A stretch of DNA of 64,000 nucleotides from Camelus dromedarius (lineage: Eukaryota), in contig NC_087454.1 in the NCBI RefSeq assembly GCF_036321535.1, forward strand, positions 17,484,001 to 17,548,000, given 5' to 3'. A model generated the notes under the pieces. The model was not told the DNA's origin. It saw only the letters and a list, made by a program, of their open reading frames with translations, and ran no database searches. This document shows, in pieces, positions 48,462-62,363 of this stretch. The first letter of the stretch is position 1; every line of letters begins with the position of its first letter. A program made the translations under genes and the position numbers.

Positions 48462-49539
48462 TCCCCACCCCCAACACAGGAGTTCCAGAAATAACAATGA
48501 GAATAAGGATGGATCCTGGACTAACGCGGAAAGCATCCTAGTGGTATACAATGCTTTATGGGGCATGCACACAACGCTGATGTTCAAGGAGCCATGCTGA
48601 GCACTACATGGGAGCAGGTTGGTGGTAATCCGTTTTTTGTTGTATTGTTTTTACTGAACAGTACATCCTCTGGTAAAAGTAGTCAACCTTCCTATTCTGA
48701 AAATAGAGATCTGGTACCCAAAACATGGGCTCCACGGGATTTCCAGAATTAAACTTCTAGCAGCACCACCAGCAGAGTGGGCCGCAGTGCCCACAATCCT
48801 ACAGTGATGCCAGTGCACCAAATGGGGGCCTGGAGTAGTAAGTATGTTCAGGAATTTAGAGCTTGTTGCAGCAAATAACAAAACTGCAGAATGTGTCTGC
48901 ACTCTGCATGAGAAACGAAGTCACTAGGCAAAACTCAAACTTTGCAATAATCTATTATTAATCCCGAAAGAACCAATGAGATATAACAGCTCCCAACTTT
49001 CCTCCCATAAATGCAGAATCTTAAAGCAAACCTTAGAGCAGAGCAGGATTTGTGGATTCAGTCATGTTTTACAGAGATTAGCAATGGGAACTCCCAGCAT
49101 TAGCCTAGGGTTTTCTCATAGCTTTGGAGGAACTAAGTGGATGCCCTGTATAAAAGTAAAAACCCAATTCCCATGGCAGGAACTGTAGAACTTAGACGTG
49201 GACAGTTTATTCAACAAATATTTCAGACTCTTACTGGAGCAAATCCTCAGCTACAGGAACCGGAAGTCAGATTTTGCAAACAATTCAAATAGCTCTGTGC
49301 AATGTTTTTGAAACTTGAAGCCAACTTGCAAGTGATAATAGGAATGCAATATGATCCATGTGACTCCTGAAAGGGTTATTAGATGCCCCATCCATATCAG
49401 CACTCCTGCCATCTCAAAAAATGTAATTTTCAGGTGGAATGCAGGAAATACAAAAAGCAATACAATAGTGGGTGTGGAGGGTTGGGGAGAAACAAAACGA
49501 AAACCTTGTACATGAAAAGTCATAACAGTTTTACTTATA

Positions 49540-49926
49540 AATTAGATATTACTTAATATCTTTCAACTCTTGGATAGTTAAATATAGTCTCCTACATCCA
49601 TACAATGGAATCCTACTCAGCAATCACAAGGGGAGCTATTGATACATGTAACAACCTAGATGGATCTCAAGGGCATAATGCTTAGTGAAAAAAGCCAATC
49701 TCAAAAGGTCATGTACTGTATTATTCCATGTATGTAACATTCTCAACAGGATAAAACTGGGGCAGGATAACAGATTAGTCATTGTCCTAGGACAAGTAAT
49801 AGGTGGGTGAATGTGACTATAAAGGGATAACACAAGGTGTTCCTTGGTGATGATGGAATAGTTTTGTGTCACATTTGAGGTGGTAGTTACATCCATCTGT
49901 ATACATGGGATGAAACTGCATAGGGC

Positions 49927-49980
<54 letters not shown>

Positions 49981-50190
49981 AGTGCATGCAAAAACTGACG
50001 AGAGCTAAACAAAGCCTATAGGCTAGTTAACAATATTTTGCCAATGTCAGTTACTTGACTTTGCTATTATAATACAGTTATATAGGATGTCATGATTAGG
50101 GGAAACTGGATACAAGGGACTCTAGGTACTACTGTGACAACTTCTTGTGAGTAATTATTTTACCTTGTTATTTACAAGGTAAAAAAAGGT
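49540..50190 (+). mobile_element. Old L1M 3' region containing (CA)n at 49930-49976
   Basis: ATGGAATCCTACTCAGCAAT...GATGGATCTCAAGGGCATAATGCTTAGTGAAAAAAGCCAATCTCAAAAGG. Confidence 0.75.
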
Positions 50191-52070
50191 GTGACAATTC
50201 TTCAGCGGTTGCTTCTGTGTATTGCATGGGATTTCATGGCTTGTTTAACAAATGTTTTTAAATTTTTTGGTTTGTTTTGTTTTTGCATAAAGTTTGTTTT
50301 TTCTTTCTTCTGACTAGTCTAGTGGTGACATGGCCATTAAGCTGAGGTTTGTTTCATTTATTTTGGTGCATGATTTTTTAGATGTTGCTGCCACCAACAC
50401 AAAAGTAAACTGAGTTTTGAAATTTGATATTCATAATCTCAAATCTTCTGGTGGGGTACTTGGCTGAACTAATCTATGCTTTTTAGGACAGTGTGCTTGG
50501 TATATCATTAAGTGAAAAAACATCATGTCTTATTTTGAACATTCTATTTAAGGACATAATTTATATCTTAATGTTCCCATGAAACTAGCTCAGCAGACAT
50601 TTTTTATAATATAAAAATTCAGGAATGATCACATTTTTATTTCTGGCTCTTACATAAAATCCTTTTGCCTGTCATTAGAGTCTATGGCAGTTTTGCTTGA
50701 ATTTTATGCATCAACCCCAGGAAAAGACAGTCATCCCCACCACTGCTGTCCTCAATATAAGAACAGAGTATTAGCCTCTGACAATTCACATTGTTTTCCA
50801 CTCCAATTCTTCATTGTTTAAATTGTGTACATGAAAGCACATTGTACATACTAGTGTTATATTAGAAATGTTTTGAAGTCCTTCCACATTCTTTAGTTAG
50901 TCCTGTCTGTATTATAAATATTTTGTTTTTAAGGGGTCCAGGGCAATAGTTTATTGCTCACGAACAAGATGCCAGTCATTTTGTTTATAACTCAGTTATT
51001 AATAATGTTTATCCTACTTTACGAAAAAGGCCACTGAGACTCAAATAGATGAGTAAGCATGCCCAATAACAGTTTGAGAGCAGCTGCTCATAGATTCCAA
51101 ATCCAAAGGCTGGTGTGGTTTCTTGTCAATCAATGTATTGATATATTTCTGTTTCACAAGCAATTACTTTAATTCGGGGATTTGGAATCTATTAGCATAA
51201 GGCTAATTCCCAGTGTCTCAATTTACAGGCGAGGGGCCATCCTCACTCAGGCACCTGTTGGCCCTGACCCTTCACATCTCCTTTCCAGTCTCCATGGCAC
51301 TTAACTACTCCCTGTCTCTTGTATCTTCACACTGGTGTCCCTCCTACCCTGTGCCAACATGGCCCGAAGTGCCCCCTTACAAGTCCTTCTTCCCTGGCCA
51401 ACTTCTGATCAAGTCAGTGCAAAGGGAGAAATACACATGCTTATGACAAATGTCATGGAGCTGAGTGTCATGCTGCTCCCATCCGCTCTCTGCAGGCACA
51501 GACCTTTAAATTCTTGTTCAGACGACCTTTCTCAATGACACAAACGAGTTTCCAACACATTTTGTCCCCTAATTTCCCCCTATTTATTATAAAAAAAATT
51601 CAAAGGAACAAAAGATTAGTTGATCAATCATTCTAATAACCACTACCTAGATTGAATAACTGACCCTAACATTTCTATGTCTATATGTATATATAGCTAA
51701 ACTATTTGAGAATTACAGACATTACGAGAATTAACCTCTATTTATTAGAATCTAATCCCTAAGAGTAAGAGTATCAACATCAAATCTTACAAAAATGTCA
51801 TAAAATGATCTGCTACCCAGTCCACACTCTGGTTTCCTCATCTCCAAAATGCCCTTTATAGCTTCACTTTTGGAACCACGAAGGACCTGTTGGTTCTTAA
51901 AGTGTCAAATGTCACATCAGCAACAATTAGTATCACTTACAGCATTGTAAACATTAGGGATTTAAGATCCAGTATCTCAGCAACATTTGTGCTCCTCAGT
52001 TTCACGAGTGTACCACCAAAACCCAGAGGACTCAATGAAAAGTGTGAGCTCTTTCATAGAAAAAGTAGAT

Positions 52071-52086
52071 GGCCCTGAAAAGGGCC
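52071..52086 (-). terminator. H4 stem-loop
   Basis: Minus-strand GGCCCTTTTCAGGGCC; HDE AAAGAGCT ~52054-52047. Confidence 0.95.
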
Positions 52087-52152
52087 TTAACTTTATTACA
52101 AGGAAAAAAGGGAAAAAAAAAAAAACAAAAAAAAAAACTTGCAAGGTCAAGC

Positions 52153-52491
<339 letters not shown>

Positions 52492-52512
52492 CTAAGTGCT
52501 GGCTACAGCCCC

Positions 52513-52570
52513 TTATATATCAATTTTGCGGACCTTTTAGGAAACTGAAACGACAGGGGCGGGAACAAGA
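52513..52570 (-). promoter_or_regulatory. H4 promoter
   Basis: TATA 52513-52520; GGTCCG 52534-52529; GC-box ~52556-52564. Confidence 0.85.
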
Positions 52571-55500
52571 CCTCTGCCCCGCCTCTTCCCTACCTTCCTG
52601 GGCGTCTACTATTTACTAGCGAGGGAAGGGGGCAGGGAAATGCAATCAATTCAGTATCTGGCTCTTTCCCGTTTCCTGGTTGGGGTCCAGAGTTGCTGGT
52701 TTTGTGATCTGTCGTCCTGCGTCTGTGGGTTTTCTAAAACAATTAATATTGCACAAGTCTCCTAACCACTTTTATCGTTTATAAAAAGAAGCAGTAACGC
52801 CACACTTGTCTACAAAAGGTAGAGAAAGTAGAATAGAATTAATTTTAAATATGAAGATACTTTTTAAAATGTGAGTATTAATTCTTAAAACTAGCGATAT
52901 TTATCGTCAAATTTGGCTGATCATGAACATTTCTATTTGTACAGCATATACATATACGTCGTTATCAGCATTCCTGATACAGAGGAGGCTCTAGGAAGGG
53001 GAGCCAACATTAATTGAACTTATATTCTTTCTTCCAAATTTATAAAGCAGCATTTGTGTGGTGAAGATGAAGAATCCCAGGCTTGAAGACCTAATTCTGT
53101 TCTAATAAGCAGTATTGTTGGGGATCAAACTGAGACCTTCTGATTCTGGGGTCTTGTGTTCTTGCCACCTACCCCTGAGCTATGTCAGTAAAGCACTGAA
53201 GATACACCATGATGAATAAGAATTTGCAAATTAACAGAATTAACAAAAATAACACCAATAGACTGCAATGGTGTCCAAGTAAGAAGGGTGCCTGAAGTGA
53301 AGTTCAACACACAGACGATAGGTTGATATGTTTAACAGATAAACACCAACATTTACTCACCTTGCACAAATACACATTGAGTGCCTTCTATGTATTACAG
53401 AGGTGATTTAAAAAAAAAATCCTTTCTCTGCTTAGGCAGTCAGAAGATTATTAATTTCCCTGAGTCATAGACTATTTGAGATTTAGCTCAGGTGTAGTTA
53501 CCTGTGGACCGAAACAGTAATCTCCCCTGCTCTCCTTTCTGAGAAGGGCAGCAAACAAGAATCATTGATTGATTCATTCATTCAAAAATTTAGGATCTAC
53601 TACAGGCCAAAACTTGTGTACAAACACCAGGTTTACAAAGATAATCATACATGTTCTTTTAAAGAATTCAAAGTCTAGCAGAAGGAAAAGTAAACTCAGA
53701 GTGAGGGGTCATGTGTCAGCCCAGCATCCTAATTTCAGCCTAGTAGTGATGGATGGAGCAGCCATATCTCAGTAACATTAGCATTACCTGGGAGTGTGAT
53801 AAACATACAGAATTTTAGGCTCAACTCCAAGTCAACTGATCTCATAGTGCATTTTTAACAAGATCTCCAATTGGGTGGTATGCTCATTCAAGTCTGAGAA
53901 GAGTTGTTTTAGAGCTGCATTTTCCTACAGTAGCCATTAGCTATATGTGCTAATTAACATTAAAATTAATTAGAATTAAATAAAATTAAAAATCAATTTC
54001 TTCAGTCACTTTAACTACCTTTAAGTAAATGCTCAACAACCACAGTCAAGGATAGTGGTTGTCTATTTGACAGTACAAATAAATACAGAACATTTCCATC
54101 ATTGTAATAGGTTATATTGGGCTGTACTATGATAAAGAATTTCTTCTGAAGAACTACGCAGACCAGGAAAAGGAGTGTGAGAGATATCTGAGAATAAGCT
54201 TGCTGCAGGAAATAAGGATTGGAGTATTTTTGAAGTTTAATAGAAATTAGCCAACTTCTGGGTGAACCAGATATTACTAATACATAGAGGGATATGTAAA
54301 AAGGAAATTGGAAGTTTGAGAATAGTAGTATCCTTTTTATGAAATAAAATTAATAGGATATAGTTGTGCTTAGAGGGGAGTTTCAAGTAGGAGAAGGTCC
54401 TCAGGGGAGACCATCTGACAGGAAATTAAAATAAATGTGATTTCTCATTACCCTTCTGAACACACTAGATTCTAACACAATGCTCTATTTGCAATATAGT
54501 CCTTATTTTTAATTTGGCCTTTTTAGCATTTCTTCAACATAGTCACTTTCCCCTTTAGACCTTTGACATTTACTAAATTTTGGAGTGGATTGACTCGGTG
54601 AGCACTACTTATATTTTTAACAGACATTTACTATACTATGGTGAGTGAAGAGTTAATACCAAAATTGAAAGTACATGAAGTCATGAGACATACATCACTT
54701 ATCTAACTTTAGTTTTACTTAGTTATTTTTTACATCTATAAAATAAAAATGGTTCAAGTCTTAGTCTAGCAGAAAACCCACTGTTTTAGGATATATACAG
54801 AGTAAGGACTCAAAAGTAATAAAAACAACTTTTTTGGTGGGCTACGGAATAATAGGTGAAACTTTTCCAGATTACCGTCCAATGGGGGTGATTCAGGCAT
54901 CAAGAACCTTGTCCATGTGACAGAGCATATACCTTGGTCTCAAGCAATAAGAATTCCTAAATGTAGCACAGCTCCATCATTCTATAAACATGTGGGGAAG
55001 TCAAGTCTCAACTAGTGCCCTCCAGAAAGGGCAGAGATTATCTATAAACAACTAAGGAAATGTCTAATTACCTATAAACAATTAAGGAAATGTCCTAAAG
55101 TCCCAGTGTCTTCTCACTTATTTAGAACTTAAATAGCCATGGAAACCAGTAACAGTTGCATAAAGAAATGGGGACACCTGCTGTAGAAAGAACTCTTCAC
55201 CCACCTTAAACTGAGTGTATGTAACTTAGGGAAAAATTCCAACAATTGTTCTACAGCTGATATTATAACTACAATGATGACCCAAATAGTAAACTTTTTA
55301 GAATCTGAATTTTAATTGTATCTTTAGGTCTAGATAGTATTAGGCTCTGGGCTGAAAAGGAAAGGGGCCTATATAATGTTTGTGACCAATTGCTATTGAT
55401 AGCAATGCTATTGAGGATGACAAGTAGCCCATTTTTCTAGACACATAATATGCCTGCCGTGAGAGAATTGGAAAGCTCTAGATCCAACCCTTTAAGCTTA

Positions 55501-56641
55501 CCTCTTTATATACAGTATTTGTATGAGGTAATTAACATGGTCTTAAGTCCCAGAGACTTGGTTTTCAGACAGTGGCAGCCAATAATGACTATTTAAAAAC
55601 AAGCCTAGTGATTTTTATGGAATTAGTTAAGTGCAAAGAGATGACATCTTAATGTTGATTATTCTGTCTTGGAGTTATAGGACATTCTCAAATCACCGTT
55701 GAAGGCCAAAATACCTAGACTTCTGTAAGTAGGAGTATTTATCAGAAGAAATATAATACCAAAATATCTTTCTTGTTTATTTAATAAAAATAAGATTTAA
55801 TTTCAGTACCTAAATTATTGGGTGGATAATATTAACTTTGTGCTTAATTATCCAATATTTGCTTAATTCCATTAGCTCTGTGTGTTGCAAACTAAAAGAG
55901 ACAGAGTAGTAAATTCAGTCATGTTCCCTATGAAATGTCTGTTCAACTTCTTAAGTGGACGTGTTTAGCCAGTTAATTTCGGCTGTGACAGCCTAGCTCA
56001 CGTTTTGTTAGTGAAAAACCCAAGGAGAGTTATGAAGACTCAGAAAGTGATTTGAATGAGAATTTCTTCTTTCTAATTCTGCGTCCCTTTTTGCAATGTT
56101 GAAAAGTTCAATCAAATTTGGATTTTAAATATCACTTTGAAATACAGAAAGTATGTACACAATTCTATGCTAAATACTGAAGTAAAAGTCTTTTGGACAG
56201 GTGTCTGTTATTAAGTACTTTAAATTTTAAGGACATGGGATATGAACTTATGATCTTACAATGTTGAGCTCACAGCTGGTAAAATGAGGTAGAGCTGCCA
56301 TTCTATTGCTTTATGACTCACTTTCCTTCTTTGTAGATGGAGTGATTTATCTCTGATGCCCATTCTACGTCTGAAAAAATCTGCTATAACTGACTTTAAA
56401 AGAAAGTTGGTGACTCTGTTCGGAATTGTTTATCTAGAAAACAGAGCCACCGCACACGGCATCCTTCCTCAAACGTTTAAATCATTGAAACACTGGGATC
56501 AAACCTAGTTTACACACTGCTCACTTAAATCCTTAAAGAAAAAAAATCTATCTTTTCTAAAATAGTTATCCATCTTATATGTAGAAATTTCTCCCCCAGT
56601 GCCAATTCCCAGGGCTGAGTGCAAACAAGTTGCAGGAGAAC

Positions 56642-57088
56642 TGTGCTATTGCTCCCGCGAAAAACCCGGTTTTCCTTGCAAATTTGAGTAAAAATGAGTT
56701 TATTTATGTAAGTTTGCAAACAAAACAATGTACATAACAATGCCCTGGAAGAATGATTTACAAAGGAAATAGAGAGAACTAGTAATTTTTAGGAAAATCT
56801 GAAAGTTGTCTCAATTTGACTGAAGTTTCAAAGACAGTTGGGGGAATCAGCAAAGTTTCAGGGGGCCAATTTTGAAAGTAGGTATAGCAAACTAGGCAGG
56901 AATGAAGCCTGAAGAGTCTCGGGTCAGTTTCCCCCAAATCTTTAATTATTTCGTGCCCAGACTTCTTATATTTTTCTTCTTTTTTAAGGGGCAAAAACAC
57001 AGCCACTCGGCAGAGCCGAGGAGCCCTTCTTAGCAGCGCGGCTCAGGGAGCAGGCAACCAATCATCACTCAGCGACGCTCTATATAAA
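56642..57088 (+). promoter_or_regulatory. H1.3 promoter: TG-box, AC-box, CCAAT, TATA
   Basis: TGTGCTA 56642-56648, AAACACA 56995-57001, CCAAT 57058-57062, TATATAAA 57081-57088. Confidence 0.9.
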
Positions 57089-57169
57089 CCCCCAGCCGGC
57101 GGCGCCCGGGACACACCGTTCTGACCGTATAAGCTTACTTTTTTTTGGCTGTTCTGACAAAACAGAAAA

Positions 57170-57835
57170 ATGTCGGAGACTGCTCCAGTTGCTCCAGTCT
57201 CTCCTGCACCTGCAGAAAAAACACCTGTCAAGAAAAAGGCGAAAAAAGCGGGTGTAGCTGCTGGAAAGCGCAAAGCGTCCGGGCCTCCGGTGTCGGAGCT
57301 CATCACCAAGGCTGTCGCCGCTTCCAAGGAGCGCAATGGTGTGTCTTTGGCTGCGCTCAAGAAGGCGCTGGCGGCCGCCGGCTACGACGTGGAGAAGAAC
57401 AACAGCCGCATCAAGTTGGGTCTTAAGAGCTTAGTAAGTAAGGGCACTCTGGTGCAGACCAAGGGCACCGGTGCCTCGGGCTCTTTTAAGCTTAACAAGA
57501 AGGCGGCCACTGGGGAAGCCAAGCCCAAGGCTAAGAAGGCGGGTGCGGCCAAGCCTAAGAAGGCTGCTGGGGCAGCTAAGAAACCCAAGAAGGCGACGGG
57601 CGCGGCCACCCCGAAAAAAAGCGCTAAGAAGACCCCCAAGAAAGTGAAGAAGCCAGTGGCGGCTGCTGGAGCCAAGAAAGTGGCCAAAAGCCCCAAAAAG
57701 GCAAAGACGGCCAAACCTAAGAAGGCGGCTAAGAGTCCTGCAAAGGCCAAAACCCCTAAGCCCAAGGTAGCCAAGGCTAAAGCTGCCAAACCCAAGGCTA
57801 CAAAGACGAAGAAGGCGGTCTCCAAGAAGAAGTAA
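57170..57835 (+). CDS. H1-3: Linker histone H1.3, 221 aa
   Basis: 221 aa; [21 protein letters not shown]-tail, KERNGVS, and KKAVSKKK end match the artiodactyl H1.3 I recall. Confidence 0.88.
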   Translation: MSETAPVAPVSPAPAEKTPVKKKAKKAGVAAGKRKASGPPVSELITKAVAASKERNGVSLAALKKALAAAGYDVEKNNSRIKLGLKSLVSKGTLVQTKGTGASGSFKLNKKAATGEAKPKAKKAGAAKPKKAAGAAKKPKKATGAATPKKSAKKTPKKVKKPVAAAGAKKVAKSPKKAKTAKPKKAAKSPAKAKTPKPKVAKAKAAKPKATKTKKAVSKKK

Positions 57836-57872
57836 AGTTGGAGCGGCAATCCTTGCTTTGAAAATCTCAAAA

Positions 57873-57915
57873 GGCTCTTTTCAGAGCCACCCACTAATTC
57901 AGGTAAAAGAGCTTA
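57873..57915 (+). terminator. H1.3 stem-loop and HDE
   Basis: GGCTCTTTTCAGAGCC followed by ACCCA; AAAAGAGCTT 57906-57915. Confidence 0.95.
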
Positions 57916-58133
57916 ACCAAGTATGCCTAGCCAAACAAACCACCATAAGACATAAAAATTTTGAAATTTGGCGCCATCGTGTGATTGGCCGGCTCAGATT
58001 TAGAGCGTCAGGATGCGCGCGCACTGTTGGGTATACAGAACAGCTCTGATGGTCACAGTCCCCTAGTGAGGTTAGTGGCTCTTAAAAGCCTTTAGCTTAC
58101 ATGGACAAGGGTGATTGATGGTAGTCTTAACCC

Positions 58134-58430
58134 TCCTTTGCCCTTGGCCTTGTGGGTCTCAGTCTTTCTGGGCAGGACGCCGCCCTGAGCAACGGTGACT
58201 GCTCAGCAGCTTGTTGAGCTCCTCATCATTACGAATGGCCAGCTGCAGGTGGCGCGGGATGACGCGGGTCTTGTTTTCGCAGACGGCATTGCCCGCCGGC
58301 TCCAGGATCTCGGCCGTCAGGTACTCTAGCACCGCCGCCAGGTATACCGTCGCGCCGGCCCCAACCGGCTCGGGAGAGCGAGTCTTGGCTTTCGTTCGCG
58401 CTTTGCACCCTGTTATCCACGTTCAGACAT
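58134..58430 (-). pseudogene. H2A pseudogene
   Basis: ATG TCT GAA CGT GGA TAA (stop at codon 6); large internal deletion; 24-nt deletion between the CTGCCC repeats; stem-loop at 58077-58090 lacks 2 nt. Confidence 0.93.
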
Positions 58431-58502
58431 GTTTGGGGGGAAAAATGCAGTCTGAAAAAGGGATTATTACGGACTGGGGACTGTTTCTGAAGTTAACATT
58501 CT

Positions 58503-58565
58503 CATTGGTTTGTAGAGTCTATTGAGAGTTAGCCAATCAGAATGCATTCCTGGACTTATTTGCAT
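58503..58565. promoter_or_regulatory. Residual H2A/H2B-type promoter
   Basis: ATTGG, CCAATCAG 58533, ATTTGCAT 58558-58565; no H2B found downstream. Confidence 0.65.
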
Positions 58566-61500
58566 GGACTCTAGAGAAAATACCGCACCGATTAGAGGTC
58601 GGGATATTAAAACTTGTATATACTATGAAGCAGTTGAAAAGCTTCAATTTTTCTGCTTGAGCAAATGCAGTTTTATTGTGGGGGAGTATTAATGCTATTG
58701 GTTATACTGCCTAAATCAGCTTAATTGTTGCTACCACCCTGACGCTAAGGGATAAGTAAAAAGTGTCACACCTGGCGGTTTATAATTTACCCCTTTCTTT
58801 TCCAGATTCTTTTCCCCCGTAGGTGTTGACAGGATCAGGGATCCGTGTTTGGCGGTGTACTATCTCTTGGGGAGTTGGGAGGTAGAAACAAAAGAAAAGA
58901 AACGAAAAAACACTTTGGGAAGGCAAGGAGATTGGTTAGAGTTCCTGAAGCTTGGGGTAACCAGGGCAAAATAAATAGGCTCTAGAAAGATGGGTTGACC
59001 TGAATTGAATGTTAATTACACAGTTTCCACTTCATCCCTGGGCCTGAAGGATTTTTGTTGTTGTTGTTTTGTTTTCTCCTTTTTTTTTTTTTTTTTTTTT
59101 TTTTTGTACTTCAGGGGAGGCCACTGGATTTTACTGGCCAATCTTGACCAAAATCTGAGCTCTGCAGACCAGTAGGGGGGCTGTAAACGTGGATGGGGAA
59201 AGATTACACCTTTATTTTCGTAAACTCTAAATGCAGTTTAGCATTTCCTTCAAGTATGCCTGTAGGCAACTACAGGCATCACGATGGATTTTGCAGTATC
59301 CGTGACTTTTTCAATCACAGATGTTTTTCTATTACTTGCATTGATTTGCAGATATCTTGAAATAAAATTTACATTATTCTGCAGGTTTGAAACTGACATT
59401 TGTTATTCCTCGTGTTGTTCCTTGTTAATTGATGTTACTATTGAAACACATTATACATTTTTCAAAGAAATATATTTTGAGAACTGTATTTTAACATTAC
59501 TAATTTTCTTCCCTGTATTTGAAAACATTGTATTGAGAAGGTGTTTATGGATAATCTGGGGAAACCGATAGAGTCTACCATACAAAAAAAGTCATGAACT
59601 CCTGAGCATATATCTCCAGTGCGCAAATACCTCATGGCTGAAAGACTTTATCTTTTCTGTATTTATAACATTAACCTTACCCTGCCCTTCCCCGACCCCT
59701 GCCCCAGCCACCTTATTGGCCTTATTGGTTAACAGTTTAAAGTTTCACTATTTAAACTTTCTTTAAAAAAAAAAAAAAAAGGAATGTAGACTGTGATCTT
59801 TCTAGCTCTTCTAGACAGGGGTTCATTTTCCCCCACCACAACTGTACCCCATAATTTCTTCTCTCTAGAAGGAGACCCAAATCTCCGCTCTTACTGAGTA
59901 ATTTGGTTGAGAAGGATATCTGGATAAATGGGGAAATGTGAAAATGGTTACCCAAATGAACCTTTTTGAAAATCAGAAATTGCATCCAGTGGGAAAGACA
60001 AGGAGGAAGAGACCTGTGAGGACTTTAATGCCCAAAGTGACAACAGCTTGGCTTTCATTGAAGAGTGATGAGGAATAAGAATTATGTGACATTTAGTGAG
60101 TGGTTAAACGGACCATATAGTATCTCTGCAGTCATTACATTTTACGAAGCAATTCTATGACTGCCTCACTATAAAGCATTTGTGGTTGGTATAGCTAAGT
60201 TACTTGTTTTAAAGTTAAGAAAATTGTGGCTTATAAAGATGAATTGGCCAGAATCACCTTGTCAGTAAATAGTGGACCTGGGACTCAAATATGTGTTTAT
60301 TTGCAGTGTCCTTTTCTATGCACTTCTCCCCATCCATTATATCATCTGGAAAAGGAGTAACATTCTCTATTTCATTCATCCAGAAAGGAGTAGAATTCAG
60401 GTATTCCTCTTTTAGGCCCTTTATGAGCTATTCAATTAACAATCTGGAACGCATGAGAAGCAATTAAACACGATTCAATCAATGGTGTTCTAGTTTCACT
60501 CTGGTTTATGAAAATTAATATTCATATTCCTTTCCCTGGGACAAGCTCTGAGTTCCAAGGAAATTAGAACTAGATTAAATCTTCCATCTCCTCAAATTTT
60601 ACTTGTAGTTAAATCATGTTAAAATAAACATCTTTGGATAGGTAAAGAAGACAAAGGAAGTACTTGGTAGACTGCAGCAGGAAGATGAGAGAAGCAGGAA
60701 GTTCATTCCTAGTACTTGTATTTCATCACTAAACCACATCCCTATGAGGGTCTCCTGAAACATTTATGCTTGGATTTCTGATGCTCTTTTGCTGGAGAAA
60801 GGTAGTCTGTCAATTATAGTGGGAAAACCGTAGGTTTAGAAAAGCTCAAGAGATAGACACAGATGGCAAATATCAGGCAGGAGCCTGTGTTGTCTGCAAG
60901 ATATACAATCAAAGAAAGAAGAAAAAGACACCTTACCATGGCAGGCAAGAAGGGCATGTTCATATTTAACAGCAGGAGGGTACTTATGCATGTGGCATAC
61001 GTCTGAGCCAAAAGTAAAATTTAGGGGCCAGCCTGAAGTCACTACTTTCTCCCTTCTACTTAATAACTGGCTGGCTCCTTTTAACTGGAGGAGCCAGATT
61101 GAGTTCGTGTGTGGAGGCCTTGATTACTCCTGTCACTCGATCACTGAATCAGATAGATGTTTAAAGAAGTCTTGTAACTAACATGTTCTCGTTCTCACCT
61201 TCTCTCTTATCCTCTCATATCTGGGATGATTGCATTGTTTCCTAACCAGTATCCTAATTCTAGTTTCTCCAGCCTCTAATGGTCATTCTATGTCTTATGA
61301 AAGGATCACTGGTTCCCTATTACCTCAGGTTCAAGTGAGAAATTTATAGCCTTTTTTCATAATCATACTTTCTGTTCACACTGAATAGCATTAATAACTC
61401 AAATTTACCTTTTTATCTGGTTTTTGTTTTTGTTTTGGGGATAATTTTGTTCATCTCCAATTCCTTCTTTCTACCTGTGAGAATATCCCTATTTTCATCT

Positions 61501-62298
61501 CAAGTTGTATCACCGTGAATAAGTCCCCCTATTTAAAAAAAAAAAAATCTAATTTCTCTGATATTTGCTTTGATGACATTTAATAATTGGATACCATTAT
61601 TATCAATGGAAAATTTATAATGTACCTATTTTCTTTCACTGAACTAAACCCTAGGGCATTAGTCTTCTTTGTTTCCCCACTACTCTGGGTGTGTTTTTAA
61701 TTAACTGAACTTTTAAATCCTGTCAAGTGGATGGGATTATCCCCAGATAATAATCGGATTCAATGATTTCACTTTCTGTTATTCTGTGCAGAAATCCAAG
61801 GGTAATGAGTGCTTTGTCCCATCTATGACACTCCTCCCGATGGCTTGATTTAGGCACTAGCCCCCTTGTTTTCTGAAGTATGCCATTCAAGATGTTGGGT
61901 CTACTACAAAAACAAAACAAAACAAAAAATAACACCTTTGGAGTATAAAAGTCTTCAGATGTAAAATACCAATATTTACCTGTGTGCAGACAGGGTAGGT
62001 GGAATGTAGAGAAAGAATGAAGTGGAATTTCTGGATTATCTTGATTTTTAGCTATCATTTTCATAAAATGAAGCAACTGTTCATTTATAGATTATATACT
62101 TGTTTTTAAATTATGTGGACTTAAAGGCAAACAGGTAAGTCTGAAATGGATATACAAATTAATGTACCAAGAAGTACATATAAAATGTGACATGATTTAG
62201 ATTTATGATCCCTCCCCAATAAAATAATAACTTATTAACTAACATCTACTGTTAAGTACTACTGTACTATTTTCAATGTATGCCTTTAAAATTAAAGT

Positions 62299-62307
<9 letters not shown>

Positions 62308-62349
<42 letters not shown>

Positions 62350-62363
62350 GTGTGTGTGTGTGT
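62308..62363. repeat. Compound (TA)n/(TG)n microsatellite
   Basis: Direct reading of the sequence. Confidence 0.95.

Noticed and set aside
49636-49977. 113-aa ORF with CV repeats
   Set aside because: Translation of the (CA)n microsatellite and antisense L1.
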